A DNA stretch of 64,000 bases. It comes from Candidatus Spongiisociaceae bacterium. GTDB taxonomy: Bacteria > Actinomycetota > Acidimicrobiia > Spongiisociales > Spongiisociaceae. Numbering within the stretch: position 1 is the stretch's first letter; each line of letters begins with the position of its first letter. The notes under the pieces are model-generated. The model saw only the letters and a program-made list of their open reading frames with translations, was not told the DNA's origin and did not search any database. The stretch spans positions 1,920,001 through 1,984,000 of the forward strand of contig CBDCOH010000002.1 in the NCBI GenBank assembly GCA_965219685.1, given 5' to 3'. Positions 29,446 through 39,162 of the stretch are shown here, one piece after another. The translations under genes and the position numbers were made by a program.

Positions 29446-30324
29446 CTAACCCGAGCGGGCCGCTTCGATCGCCTCGTTCGCAAACGCGACGCCGCGCTCG
29501 AACACTCGCTCGGCGTGCTCCTCGCGGGCATGGTCCTCGAACGCCGCGTACTTCGCGGTCCCGTCCCGCTCCATCTCCATAAGCAGCCCCCGGTAGTTGA
29601 TCCCGTCGTCTCCCACCGCGATCGGGATGAAGGTGCCGGTGTGGGCGTCGGAGAGGGTCTCGTACTGATCCTCCGGGCCGTACAGTTCCTCCGAATAGCG
29701 GGCCATGCCCTTGAGGTGGGCGTAGGCGATGTAATCGCGCAGGATGCGGTAGCCATAGGGCCACGGCTCGATCCCGGCCGCATAGACATTGCCGGCGTCG
29801 AAGTTGACCCGGACATGCGGTGCGTCGAGGGCATCGAGGAACCGGGCCGTGAGTTCCGGCTCCCGGACGACGTCGGTGCGTTCCGGATCCTCGTTGCGGA
29901 GGTCGAAGTGGTTCTCCAGCAGCATGGTGATCCCCTGTTCGGCGGCGAGATCGTGGCAGGGCTCCATACGACGCTTGTATCGCTCCACGATCTCGTCGAA
30001 GCTCCACGCCGGGTTGTGGCCCGGATAGGTGATGACGAATTCGGCGCCCACATCCTTGGCGAGGCTGATGATGTCGCAGATCGCTCTCTGCACCATTCCA
30101 ACGTCGTCGGTGATCATCACCCGGAACTTGGCGGTGGCGTTCACACAGACGATCCGTACCCCGTACCGGTCCAGCGTCTCGGCCGCGTTGTCGAAGCCCT
30201 CGTTCTGCGGGTAGTAGACGAGTTCGAGGGCGTTGACGCCGAGCCGGCGGCAGCGCTCGCCGAGTTGCTCGTAGGTCGGGTGCCAGCGGTTCCAGGACGA
30301 GTCCGCGCATATCGCCAATTCCAT
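29446..30324 (-). CDS. Sugar phosphate isomerase/epimerase (AP_endonuc_2 TIM barrel)
   Basis: ALEL, LLENH, VNFDAGN, AHLK, AFED. Confidence 0.82.
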   Translation of the reverse strand: MELAICADSSWNRWHPTYEQLGERCRRLGVNALELVYYPQNEGFDNAAETLDRYGVRIVCVNATAKFRVMITDDVGMVQRAICDIISLAKDVGAEFVITYPGHNPAWSFDEIVERYKRRMEPCHDLAAEQGITMLLENHFDLRNEDPERTDVVREPELTARFLDALDAPHVRVNFDAGNVYAAGIEPWPYGYRILRDYIAYAHLKGMARYSEELYGPEDQYETLSDAHTGTFIPIAVGDDGINYRGLLMEMERDGTAKYAAFEDHAREEHAERVFERGVAFANEAIEAARSG

Positions 30325-30412
30325 CGTTCCGTCCTCTCTTCAGGTGAGGTGGTAGATCGTCTGGAAGACGCGTCCAGGTTAGTGGTGGGGCTGCAAGACT
30401 AGATTCCCGAAC

Positions 30413-31840
30413 ATGCTGAGCACGTCCCGGATCGTCATGCTGATCGGCGGGGTGACCGCATGCCTGGGGATCCTCGCATGCGGGAGCGAGAGTTCCCTCG
30501 TCGACACGACATCCGCGTCCGGAACGTCCGTCACCACCACCCCCGTGAGCACTACCCCCGTGACTACGACACCGGTCACGACAACCCCCGTCACCACATC
30601 ACCGGTCTCGACATCACCGGTCACCACATCACCGGTCTCGACATCACCGGTCACCACATCACCGGTCTCGACATCGGCGCAGTCCACTTCGGGGTCCACA
30701 GATACGAGCATCACCGTGGTTGGGCCACAGGTCCTCACCGTCGAGGTGGTTCTCACGGACCTGGAGAACCCACGCGGAATCGGGATCGATGCGGAGGGCG
30801 CGCTGCTCATCGCCGAAGCGGGATACGGCGAGGACGCCGAGCCGCTGATACTGAGGACGGGCCGCATGACCCGCTTCCTGGACCGCGACGGGGACGGCGA
30901 CTTCGGCGACGCCGGGGAAGCCGAACGGTGGCTGGACAACCTGTTCAGCTTCAACTCGGTGAACAAGTACGAGACGGGTCGTGACGAGGTGAGCGGGGCT
31001 ACCGACGTCTTGGTACACGAGGACGGTCGGGTGTTCCTCTCCCTCGATGGCGGTATCGACGCGACCGGGGGAACGTTCATCCTCTACGAGTTGGACGAGA
31101 ACGGCACCCTGCTGCGCGAGATCGACCAGGTCTCGAACATGACCGGCATCGGCTTCTCCCCCGATCAGGACAGTATCTACGCCACACAGAGCACCCACAA
31201 CTCCCTCGTCGAGATAGACCTGGAGCAAGGTGAACGCAGGGAGATCGTGACGTTCGAGGATCTGTATAGCGGGCAGCAGGCGGTCCCGGCTGGGCTCGGG
31301 GTGGACCCGACCACCGGCGATGTGCTGGTGGCCCTGTTCTCGGGTGTCGCCAAGGCCGAGGGGGAGGCCTGCCGGTTCGTACCCGACGTGATGTGCGACG
31401 GCCGTTACCTGCCTCTGATCCCCACCGACGCCAAGGTGGTAAGGGTCGACCCGGACACCGGAGCCGTCACCGACGAGGTCATCGGCCTGACCGCGGCCTT
31501 GGACGTGGCGGTTGACGGGGAGGGAAACGTCTTCGTGGTGGAGATGGCTGCGGACCACGCTCAACTGTTCCATCCCGGAGTGGACCTGTTCCTGGCAGAC
31601 CTCCCCGCCATCCACGGCGGCTACGTGAGGTTCAGCGGCAAGGTCACCATGTATCCGGCCGGCGGAGGGGACCCCTGGATCCTGGCGGAAGGCCTGGATC
31701 AGCCGACCAACATCACTGTCGCTCCGGATGGGGCCCTCTATGTGTCCACCGGACAGGGAACTCCGGGCCGGCCCATTCCCGGCCCGGAGGGTCGTACTGA
31801 GATAGTTGGAGAGGTTCTCCGGATAACCGGGTACCGGTAG
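30413..31840 (+). CDS. ScyD/ScyE-like beta-propeller lipoprotein with Ser/Thr/Pro stalk
   Basis: Lipobox ILAC, LENPRG, LLIAEAG, QAVP.GL, GL..PT.I...PDGALYVS. Confidence 0.75.
   Translation: MLSTSRIVMLIGGVTACLGILACGSESSLVDTTSASGTSVTTTPVSTTPVTTTPVTTTPVTTSPVSTSPVTTSPVSTSPVTTSPVSTSAQSTSGSTDTSITVVGPQVLTVEVVLTDLENPRGIGIDAEGALLIAEAGYGEDAEPLILRTGRMTRFLDRDGDGDFGDAGEAERWLDNLFSFNSVNKYETGRDEVSGATDVLVHEDGRVFLSLDGGIDATGGTFILYELDENGTLLREIDQVSNMTGIGFSPDQDSIYATQSTHNSLVEIDLEQGERREIVTFEDLYSGQQAVPAGLGVDPTTGDVLVALFSGVAKAEGEACRFVPDVMCDGRYLPLIPTDAKVVRVDPDTGAVTDEVIGLTAALDVAVDGEGNVFVVEMAADHAQLFHPGVDLFLADLPAIHGGYVRFSGKVTMYPAGGGDPWILAEGLDQPTNITVAPDGALYVSTGQGTPGRPIPGPEGRTEIVGEVLRITGYR
30526..30675 (+). repeat. Intragenic 15/30-bp tandem repeat encoding PV(S/T)T(S/T)
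   Basis: ACCGGTCTCGACATCACCGGTCACCACATC x2.5 perfect at 30601-30675, degenerate 15-bp units upstream. Confidence 0.9.
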
Positions 31841-32010
31841 GCTGGTGCTTAGGACCGGTGGCTGTAGCTAACCGCTCGTATACGTGAACGCTGACCACCC
31901 CGAGAAACGCAGGCAGCCACCTCTGCACGCCACGCTTCCGTAACCCTGGAGTTTGTTGTACGATGCATACTGGCTGGAGAGGTTCCAGCATCATTCATCA
32001 GGGGCGGACC

Positions 32011-32289
32011 ATGACCACCACGCGACGTGACAACCGGTGGAGTTTCCGAGTGGAACCCCGCAGCGATGCCCTCGTGAGAGAAGCAGCCAGGCTGCTCGGG
32101 ACATCCGCGACGGCTTTCGTGGAGGAGAGTGCAGTGTCGCGGGCCGAGTCCGTGATCGCCGAACACCGGCCGATCAAGCTCAACTCCGAAGACTACTCTC
32201 GGTTTGTCGATTCGCTTGATGCAGCGCCGGTCGCCATCCCGGAGCTCGTCGATCTCTTCAACCGCCCGTCTCTTATTCCTGTCTCTTGA
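32011..32289 (+). CDS. DUF1778 (TacA-like) antitoxin
   Basis: RHH-like N-terminus FRV...DALVREAARLLG.S.TAFV, I.L..EDY.RFVDSLD; upstream of a GNAT toxin. Confidence 0.85.
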   Translation: MTTTRRDNRWSFRVEPRSDALVREAARLLGTSATAFVEESAVSRAESVIAEHRPIKLNSEDYSRFVDSLDAAPVAIPELVDLFNRPSLIPVS

Positions 32290-32401
32290 TCTAATCGTTA
32301 TCTATCCTAAGCCTCTGTTCACACATATAATATCGCTCAGTTGAGCAAGACCAGAGAACCGCTAGGCAGGCTTGCCGCCAATAGGGAGTTAACAAACATG
32401 G

Positions 32402-32950
32402 CTAAACGATTCCACCATTCTCAGTAAACAGGGACTCAGGCCAGTTCAGCGCCTGAGCGGTCACGACGACCTCAGCACCTTCGATTGCGGTGTCACTTCC
32501 CTCAACGAGTGGCTCGCGAGGTTCGCACGATCGGATCAGCGAGCCCGCGCTTCGGCGACATACCTACTCAAACGAGGCCCACGCGTTGTCGGCTTCTACA
32601 CCCTGGCTCCACACGCCATCGAACCGGAGGTAGCCGACACGCGACTCAAGGCCGGCTTGCCGAGCCGCCGAGCGGTCCCTGTGTTTCTGCTGGCCCGCCT
32701 CGCTCTCGACAGGTCCGAGCACGGAACCGGACTGGGTGCTGACCTACTGAAGGACGCCCTCGCCCGCTGCGCCAGCGTCGCAAGCGAGGTAGGAGGGCGA
32801 GCTGTTGTCTTCGATACGAAAGACGACCGGGCAGCCCTCTTCTACCAACGGTTCGGCTTCGCTCCGCTCCCGGGGAACCCCCACCTGCTCTACGTGCTCA
32901 TGAAGGATCTGCAGATTTCCATCATTAGTGGAAGGACTGTTAGCAGGTGA
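32402..32950 (+). pseudogene. GNAT (TacT/AtaT-like) toxin lacking a canonical in-frame start
   Basis: Frame reads ...FDCGVTSLNEWL...VVGFYTL...PVFLLARLALD..HGTGLG.DLL...FYQRFGF. In-frame stop at 32390 and no ATG/GTG/TTG until 32657. Confidence 0.65.
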
Positions 32951-33081
32951 ACCGGCGAGTTACAGTCGTTGAACGGCTGCAGGCCTCGCCCCTTGTGGAC
33001 GGCATCCGGTGGGACCACTATGTTTACGAGGTCGCAGGTGGGCGCGCCGCGACCCGACGAACATGCGAGAGGAGCGCGCTT

Positions 33082-34947
33082 ATGAGAGCTAGTCGAATCG
33101 GACGTTTGCTGGGGCTGTTGCTCGTCCTGGTGCTGGTAGCCGCGGGGTGCGGCGCCGAGGAGGACACAACGGCAGCCGACGCAGCAGCCGCTGCGCAGGC
33201 ACAGGCAGAGGCCGACGCAGCAGCCGCGCAGGCAGATGCAGCCGCGGCGCAGCAGGAGGCCGACGCGGCCGCGGCGGCGCTGGCCGACGCCCAGGCCGAC
33301 CTGGAAGCCGCCGAGGCGGCTGCAGCCGACGCCATGGAGGGTGACGAGGCCGCTCAAGCCGAACTCGCGGCAGCCCTCGAGGAAGCCGAAGCAGCTCTTG
33401 AGGAAGCCGAGATGGCCGCCGAGGAGGCCATGATGGCCGCCGAGGCAGCCGAGGCGGAGGCGATGGCGGCGACCACCACTACAGCGCCGGCCATGGAAGA
33501 GCCGTCGATCATCGAGGTCGTTGTCTCGGAGGACAGCGACATCTACAACTTCGACCCCAAGAACTCGGCAGGCGGCGAGTTCGACGCCCCGGTCTTCACC
33601 ACCATCTACGAGGCGCTGGCCTGGACCAGCCCCTCGGGCGACGTGCTGCCCCGTCTGGCGACGGAGTGGACCATCTCCGAAGACAAGATGACCTACACGT
33701 TCAAGCTGCGCGAGGGCGTCAAGTTCCACAACGGGGCCGACTTCACCGCGCACGACGTCGTGTACAGCGTGAACCGCGCCGTGAGCCAGGGGATCCCGAT
33801 GGTGCAACAGCGGGCCCAGAACCTGGAGAGCGTGACCGCGGTCGACGACTACACAGTGGTCTACCAGTTGAAGCAGCCGTCCACGGCGTTCCTGCTCAAC
33901 ATCGCGGACACCACCGGGCTGGGGTTCTCTTCGATCCTCACCAGTACGGCGCCGGCCCACGGGACGACCCCGGTGGGCACCGGCCCGTTCACGTTCGTGT
34001 CCTACGTACCCGGCTCGGAGCTGGTGCTGGATGTCAACCGTGACTACTGGGACCCGTCGGTACTGCCCTCCTACGACCGGATCCGGGTGAGGATCATCAA
34101 GGAGGACGCCTCGATGGTGGCCGCGCTCCGGTCCGGGGAAGTTGCCTTGATCCATCCCACCGCCACGGCGACGGCCCGAAGCCTCAGGGACGATCCCGAC
34201 TTCACGATCATCGACACGGCGTCCCGTACCTTCTGGATCCATGCCAGCCGGGTGGGAGCGACGCGTGACGAGGCCGTGGTCAAGGCACTGTGGCTCTCCA
34301 TGGACCGTCAAGCCCTGGCTGACATCGCCTTCCTCGGCGAGGCGTTCCCGTGGTCGACTTCCCATCCATCGGTCGCGTACGGCCTCGGACCCGACGACCT
34401 GCCCAACTACCAGCGGGATGTCGAGGAGGCCAAGCGGATCCTGGCGGAGGCGGGCTACGCCGACGGTATCGAGCTCGTATTCACATATCCGACCCGGGTC
34501 CCCTACGAGGACGTGTTCTTCGAGGTCCTACAGGCATCCTGGGCGGAAGCGGGGATAACCGTGAACCTCAACCCGGTGGAGCAGGCGGTGTGGATACCGA
34601 AGCTGATCAACGCGGACTACGACCTGTCCGCCACCGATCAGGGTTGGTACTCGAACCCCTACAGGTACGTCCTGCCGAGGACCGGCTGGCAGGCTCCCCC
34701 CGAGGAGATCCTCCCCGAGTTGATCCCCGAGCTGGACGCTTTGGCGGCTGCCTCGCAGGAGGAGCGCCCGGAGATCTTCCAGAGGATCCAGAGACTGGAG
34801 GCCGAGAACGTATACCCGTACACGGGGACGGTCTACGCCAATGCGTCGCACGTGTACCGCAACGATCTGCTCTCCAACGCGGATCTCGGCACGTACATCA
34901 CCGGCGACAAGCGGGCCCTGTACCTCTCGCTGGTACCGGCTGGATAG
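33082..34947 (+). CDS. Family 5 SBP lipoprotein with long Ala/Glu-rich coiled-coil N-terminus
   Basis: Lipobox AAGC, PRLATEW, FKLREGVKFHNG..FTA.DV, GTGPF; RBS GAGGAG. Confidence 0.9.
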   Translation: MRASRIGRLLGLLLVLVLVAAGCGAEEDTTAADAAAAAQAQAEADAAAAQADAAAAQQEADAAAAALADAQADLEAAEAAAADAMEGDEAAQAELAAALEEAEAALEEAEMAAEEAMMAAEAAEAEAMAATTTTAPAMEEPSIIEVVVSEDSDIYNFDPKNSAGGEFDAPVFTTIYEALAWTSPSGDVLPRLATEWTISEDKMTYTFKLREGVKFHNGADFTAHDVVYSVNRAVSQGIPMVQQRAQNLESVTAVDDYTVVYQLKQPSTAFLLNIADTTGLGFSSILTSTAPAHGTTPVGTGPFTFVSYVPGSELVLDVNRDYWDPSVLPSYDRIRVRIIKEDASMVAALRSGEVALIHPTATATARSLRDDPDFTIIDTASRTFWIHASRVGATRDEAVVKALWLSMDRQALADIAFLGEAFPWSTSHPSVAYGLGPDDLPNYQRDVEEAKRILAEAGYADGIELVFTYPTRVPYEDVFFEVLQASWAEAGITVNLNPVEQAVWIPKLINADYDLSATDQGWYSNPYRYVLPRTGWQAPPEEILPELIPELDALAAASQEERPEIFQRIQRLEAENVYPYTGTVYANASHVYRNDLLSNADLGTYITGDKRALYLSLVPAG

Positions 34948-34958
34948 CTCGACTTGAA

Positions 34959-34991
34959 GGGCCGGGTGGGCGTCCACCGCCCGCCCGGCCC
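34959..34991 (+). terminator. Intercistronic GC hairpin after the SBP gene
   Basis: GGGCCGGGTGGGCG-tccac-CGCCCGCCCGGCCC. Confidence 0.6.
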
Positions 34992-35008
34992 CAGGCCATA
35001 ACTCTTTG

Positions 35009-36061
35009 ATGGAGGTCACGGCAGCCCCGGACTCGCGACTCGACGGGACGGTTCTGGCTGTCCGGGATCTGGTCACGGTCTACCCGACCAGGATCGGTGT
35101 GATTCCGGCAGTCGACCGTGTCGGCTTCGAGTTGCAGGCGGGTGAGATCCTGGGCATCGTGGGCGACTCGGGCAGCGGCAAGACCACCCTGGCCCGCTCC
35201 CTCCTCGGTCTGGTAGCGGCTCCCGGCCGGATAGTCCGCGGGGAGATCCTGCTGCACGGCCGGAACCTCCTGGAGTTCACCGACGAGGAGATGAGGCGGG
35301 TACGCGGCACGGAGATCGCCATGATCTTCCAGAACCCGATCCGCTCGTTCCATCCCGGGTTCACCATCGGACGGCAGTTGACCGAGGCGGTGACGAGGCA
35401 CCAGCGGGTCTCCCGCCGCGATGCCCGTGCGAGAGCCGTCGAGGCCCTCACCTGGGTGGGCATGCCGGAACCGGCGGTCCGGATGAAGGACCACCCTCAC
35501 CAGTTCTCCGGGGGGATGCTGCAGAGGGTGATGATCGCGATGAGCCTTCTCAACGAGCCGGCGGTGCTCGTCGCCGACGAACCGACCACCGCTCTCGACG
35601 TGACCATCCAGGCCCAGATCCTGGAACTGGTCCGGAGGCTCGCCGTGGACCGGGGACTGGGGGTGATCCTGGTGACGCACAACCTCGGCATGGTGGCCAG
35701 CATCTGCGATCGCGTGATGGTGATGTACGCAGGTCAGATCGTGGAGGAGGCATCGGTCGACGACGTGTTCGCCCGTCCCGCCCATCCATATACCGTCGGC
35801 CTACTCGACTCGCAGCCGGATCGGGCGACCGGCGCCAGGTTGGAGGCCATGGCGGGGGGATCGCCGAAGATGACCGCCCTCCCTCAGGGGTGCCGGTTCG
35901 AACCGCGCTGCGCGTATGCAGAGCCACAGTGCTCGCAACCCCCCGATCTCTGGTCACTACCGAATGGCCAGACCGCCAGGTGCTGGATCAGCAAGCGCCA
36001 CGGCAGGCTACCGGCGCTCCCGGATGCCACGCCGCTCTCCAGCGGTCTCGGACCGGGTTAG
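35009..36061 (+). CDS. Dpp/Opp ABC ATP-binding protein (DppD-like)
   Basis: GDSGSGKT, FSGGM, DEPTTALD, HPYT, GCRFEPRC. Confidence 0.95.
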   Translation: MEVTAAPDSRLDGTVLAVRDLVTVYPTRIGVIPAVDRVGFELQAGEILGIVGDSGSGKTTLARSLLGLVAAPGRIVRGEILLHGRNLLEFTDEEMRRVRGTEIAMIFQNPIRSFHPGFTIGRQLTEAVTRHQRVSRRDARARAVEALTWVGMPEPAVRMKDHPHQFSGGMLQRVMIAMSLLNEPAVLVADEPTTALDVTIQAQILELVRRLAVDRGLGVILVTHNLGMVASICDRVMVMYAGQIVEEASVDDVFARPAHPYTVGLLDSQPDRATGARLEAMAGGSPKMTALPQGCRFEPRCAYAEPQCSQPPDLWSLPNGQTARCWISKRHGRLPALPDATPLSSGLGPG

Positions 36062-36069
36062 GCGACGGA

Positions 36070-37083
36070 ATGGCGCTTCTGAGGCTCGATGGCGTCTCGG
36101 TTCACTTCCGGCTCCGGCGCCGCGGCCGGGGAGGCGGCGTGGTAAGGGCCGTCGACAACGTGGACCTGACCATCAACGAGGGCGAGGTACTCGGCATCGT
36201 CGGCGAGTCGGGGTGCGGGAAAACGACGCTGGGCCGTGTGATCGTGGGGTTGCAGAGTCCCACTTCGGGTGACGTGATAGTGGGCGGCGAGAAGCGGTCG
36301 CTCCGTCAGCGTCCGGGCGCCAACGCCCGCGCCGACGGGTTCCAGATGGTCTACCAGGACGCGGCGGGCTCCCTCAACCCGTGGAAGCGGATCGGCTGGA
36401 GCATCGCCGAGCCACTTCGAAACGAGGGCATGCGGAGGCCGGAGATGCGCGAACGGGTTCTCGCGCTGCTCGAGCAGGTCGGGCTCCCGGACTCCCTGAT
36501 CGACCAGTATCCGGGGGAACTCTCGGGAGGGCAGCAGCAGAGGGCGGCCATCGCCCGGGCCCTGGCCGGCCAACCCCGGCTCATAGTGCTCGACGAGGCG
36601 GTCAGTTCCCTCGACATGTCCACCCAGGCACAGGTGCTGAACCTGCTCAAGGACCTGGCGGAGCGCCATTCCGTCAACTACGTGTTCATCTCCCACGACA
36701 TCGCCGCGGTGGACTTCATGAGCGACCGGGTGGCGGTCATGTACCTGGGGAGGATCGTAGAACTCGAAGACGCGCACGACCGCGGGAGCCCCCTCGTCCA
36801 TCCCTACTCCATCACGCTGCGGTCGGCGGTGCCGGTTCCCGATCCCGCCGTGGAACGCCGCCGTAACCGGATCGTGCTGACCGGACCGGTGGCCAGCGCC
36901 ACCGACCTTCCGTCAGGATGCCGTTTCCACACCCGGTGCCCCATCGCGGAACCGCTCTGCGCCGATGACGAGCCGGAGTTGGTCAGGGCGTCGGCGACCA
37001 GCCGGGTCGCCTGCCACTTCGCCGGCGAGTTCGAGGACCGCTACGGCGCAGCCCAGGCCGGAACCTCGGGGACGGCACGATGA
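36070..37083 (+). CDS. Dpp/Opp ABC ATP-binding protein (DppF-like)
   Basis: GESGCGKT, LSGGQQQR, GCRFHTRCP. Confidence 0.93.
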   Translation: MALLRLDGVSVHFRLRRRGRGGGVVRAVDNVDLTINEGEVLGIVGESGCGKTTLGRVIVGLQSPTSGDVIVGGEKRSLRQRPGANARADGFQMVYQDAAGSLNPWKRIGWSIAEPLRNEGMRRPEMRERVLALLEQVGLPDSLIDQYPGELSGGQQQRAAIARALAGQPRLIVLDEAVSSLDMSTQAQVLNLLKDLAERHSVNYVFISHDIAAVDFMSDRVAVMYLGRIVELEDAHDRGSPLVHPYSITLRSAVPVPDPAVERRRNRIVLTGPVASATDLPSGCRFHTRCPIAEPLCADDEPELVRASATSRVACHFAGEFEDRYGAAQAGTSGTAR

Positions 37084-38030
37084 TCCTGTTCACGGCTCGA
37101 CGGTTCGCCGAGGCGGTGGCCGTCCTGTTCGTGCTGACCTTCCTCATCTACGTGATCGGAACGATCGTGCCGGGTGACATCGCTCAGCAGATGGCAGGAA
37201 TCGAGGGAGCCACGCCGGAGCGCATGGCCGAGATGCGAGCCCGTCTCGGGCTCGACCGCCCTCTGATGGTGAGGTACGGGGAGTGGCTGGGCAATGCGGT
37301 GAGGGGCGACTTCGGTCATTCGCTGTTCACGGGACGTGACATCGCGGCCGATGTCCGGGCCCAGTTCCCGGTCTCCCTCGAAGTGGCCTTCGCCAGCGTC
37401 CTGCTCGCGGTGATCATCGGCATCCCGCTCGGCGTGTACGCGGCGGTGCATACCGGGAGCATCATGGACCGGGTCCTGCGGGGAATCTCGCTGGTCTTCT
37501 TCTCGGTCCCTACCTTCGTATCGGGAGTGCTGTTCGTATGGTTGGGCTCGATAGTCCTCAGGTCGTTCTACACATCGTTCTACGTACCGTTCACCGAGGA
37601 CCCGATCGCCAACCTGCGGTCGATCATGTTGCCGTGCCTGGCGATCGCCCTGCCGACGTCGGCTTCGATCATCCAGATGACCCGGACCACCATGATCGCC
37701 AGCCTCCAGGAGCCCTTCATAGACACGGCCCGGGTGAAAGGCGCCCGCGAGAGCAGGGTCCGCTACGTCCACGCCCTCCGCGCCTCCCTCGGACCAGTGG
37801 TCACCCTGATCGGCCTATTGTTCGGCGCCCTTGTCGGCGGATTGATCATCGTCGAGCAGATATTCAACCTGCCCGGACTCGGCCGCGGGGTGTTGCTCGC
37901 CATCGCGGAGCGGGACTTCCCCTACGTGATCACCGCCACCCTGGTCATCGCCAGCGTCTACATAGTGGTGAACTTCATCGTGGACCTCCTCTATCCCATC
38001 CTCGACCCGAGACAGCGGGAGCAGACATGA
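37080..38030 (+). CDS. Dpp/Opp ABC permease (DppB-like)
   Basis: LGLDRP, GDFGHS, TARVKG, IFNLPGLG, RDFP. Confidence 0.93.
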   Translation: MILFTARRFAEAVAVLFVLTFLIYVIGTIVPGDIAQQMAGIEGATPERMAEMRARLGLDRPLMVRYGEWLGNAVRGDFGHSLFTGRDIAADVRAQFPVSLEVAFASVLLAVIIGIPLGVYAAVHTGSIMDRVLRGISLVFFSVPTFVSGVLFVWLGSIVLRSFYTSFYVPFTEDPIANLRSIMLPCLAIALPTSASIIQMTRTTMIASLQEPFIDTARVKGARESRVRYVHALRASLGPVVTLIGLLFGALVGGLIIVEQIFNLPGLGRGVLLAIAERDFPYVITATLVIASVYIVVNFIVDLLYPILDPRQREQT

Positions 38031-38953
38031 CCGCACCTGCACCCAGCCGTACATCCGACACCGGGGATGCGGGCAACCAGGGAACTCCCGGTATCCGTCA
38101 CGCCCGGATCTGGCATCAACTCCGGGCTGTGGTCCGGCATCCCTCCGGGCGGTTCGGCCTCCTCCTGATCACCCCCGTGTTGCTCCTCGCCGTGTTCGGA
38201 CCGCTGGTGATCGACTGGGATCCCATCCAGATCAATCCTGCCGACTCCCTCCAGGGGCCGTCGGCCCGGCACTGGTTCGGGACCGACCAGCTCGGACGTG
38301 ATCTCGCCGCCCGGGTGGTGAGCGCCATCCCGGTGGTGATCTGGGTACCGCTCGGCGCGGTCCTCCTGGCTGTGACCGCGGGGAGCGCCATCGGCATCCT
38401 GGCCGGATACCGCCGGGGATGGCTGGAGAGGGTCCTGATGGCGGGAACCGACGTGCTATTGGCCATGCCCGGCCTGCTCACCGCCATCCTCATCGTCGGC
38501 GTGTTCGGGGGCGGGTCCCGCAACATGATCCTGGCCATCGGCGTCATCTACCTGCCCCGCTTCACCCGCATCGCCCGCGGTTCGACCCTGGAGGTCCGCG
38601 GCCTCCCCTACGTCGACGCAGCACGACTGTCGGGAACCAAGCCTCTGGCGCTGGTCACGCGTCACATCCTGCCCGGCATCAGCTCGCCCCTGTTCGTGAT
38701 GTGCGTGCTCAGCCTGTCCACCGGGCTGCTGGTCCAGACGGCTCTGAGCTTCCTCGGGTTCGGTTTCGAGCCCCCCACTGCCGACCTCGGGAGGATGCTC
38801 GCCAACTCGGTCGACTTCCTGACCCTCGCACCGTGGATGGCCATCTCCCCCGCCCTGGTGATCACCCTGCTGATCCTCGCCTTCAACAACCTCGGAGACG
38901 CGGTCCGAGACGTGATAGACCCCGAAGTGGCCCGAGCGGCCGGCGCGGTCTGA
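38027..38953 (+). CDS. Dpp/Opp ABC permease (DppC-like)
   Basis: HWFGTDQLGRD, YVDAARLSG, LSFLG, LGDAVRD; ATGA coupling. Confidence 0.93.
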   Translation: MTAPAPSRTSDTGDAGNQGTPGIRHARIWHQLRAVVRHPSGRFGLLLITPVLLLAVFGPLVIDWDPIQINPADSLQGPSARHWFGTDQLGRDLAARVVSAIPVVIWVPLGAVLLAVTAGSAIGILAGYRRGWLERVLMAGTDVLLAMPGLLTAILIVGVFGGGSRNMILAIGVIYLPRFTRIARGSTLEVRGLPYVDAARLSGTKPLALVTRHILPGISSPLFVMCVLSLSTGLLVQTALSFLGFGFEPPTADLGRMLANSVDFLTLAPWMAISPALVITLLILAFNNLGDAVRDVIDPEVARAAGAV

Positions 38954-39162
38954 CCTACTGCAACCGGCTGGACAGCCAGCCTCTACCGCTCAGGAACAGC
39001 TCGGCCGACCTCAGCAATAACGTGGTCTGTATCGGCATTTCGCGTCGCCAGTTACGAATAAAGAACATGTTGGCGCTGCGCCAAAACCCCTGCGACCGGG
39101 CCAAATCAGGGTGACACGTCCGATATGTCCGGGGTTGGATGTAACCAGCAACCAAAAGCCGG

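Noticed and set aside
28506-30101. 531-aa phosphotriesterase fusion from the ORF track
   Set aside because: The N-terminal part is an alternate frame of the epimerase gene; the real start is GTG 29420 with RBS
30526-30675. Regular repeats as a CRISPR array
   Set aside because: No spacers, in-frame inside a CDS, no cas genes; no CRISPR, tRNA or rRNA recognised in the window
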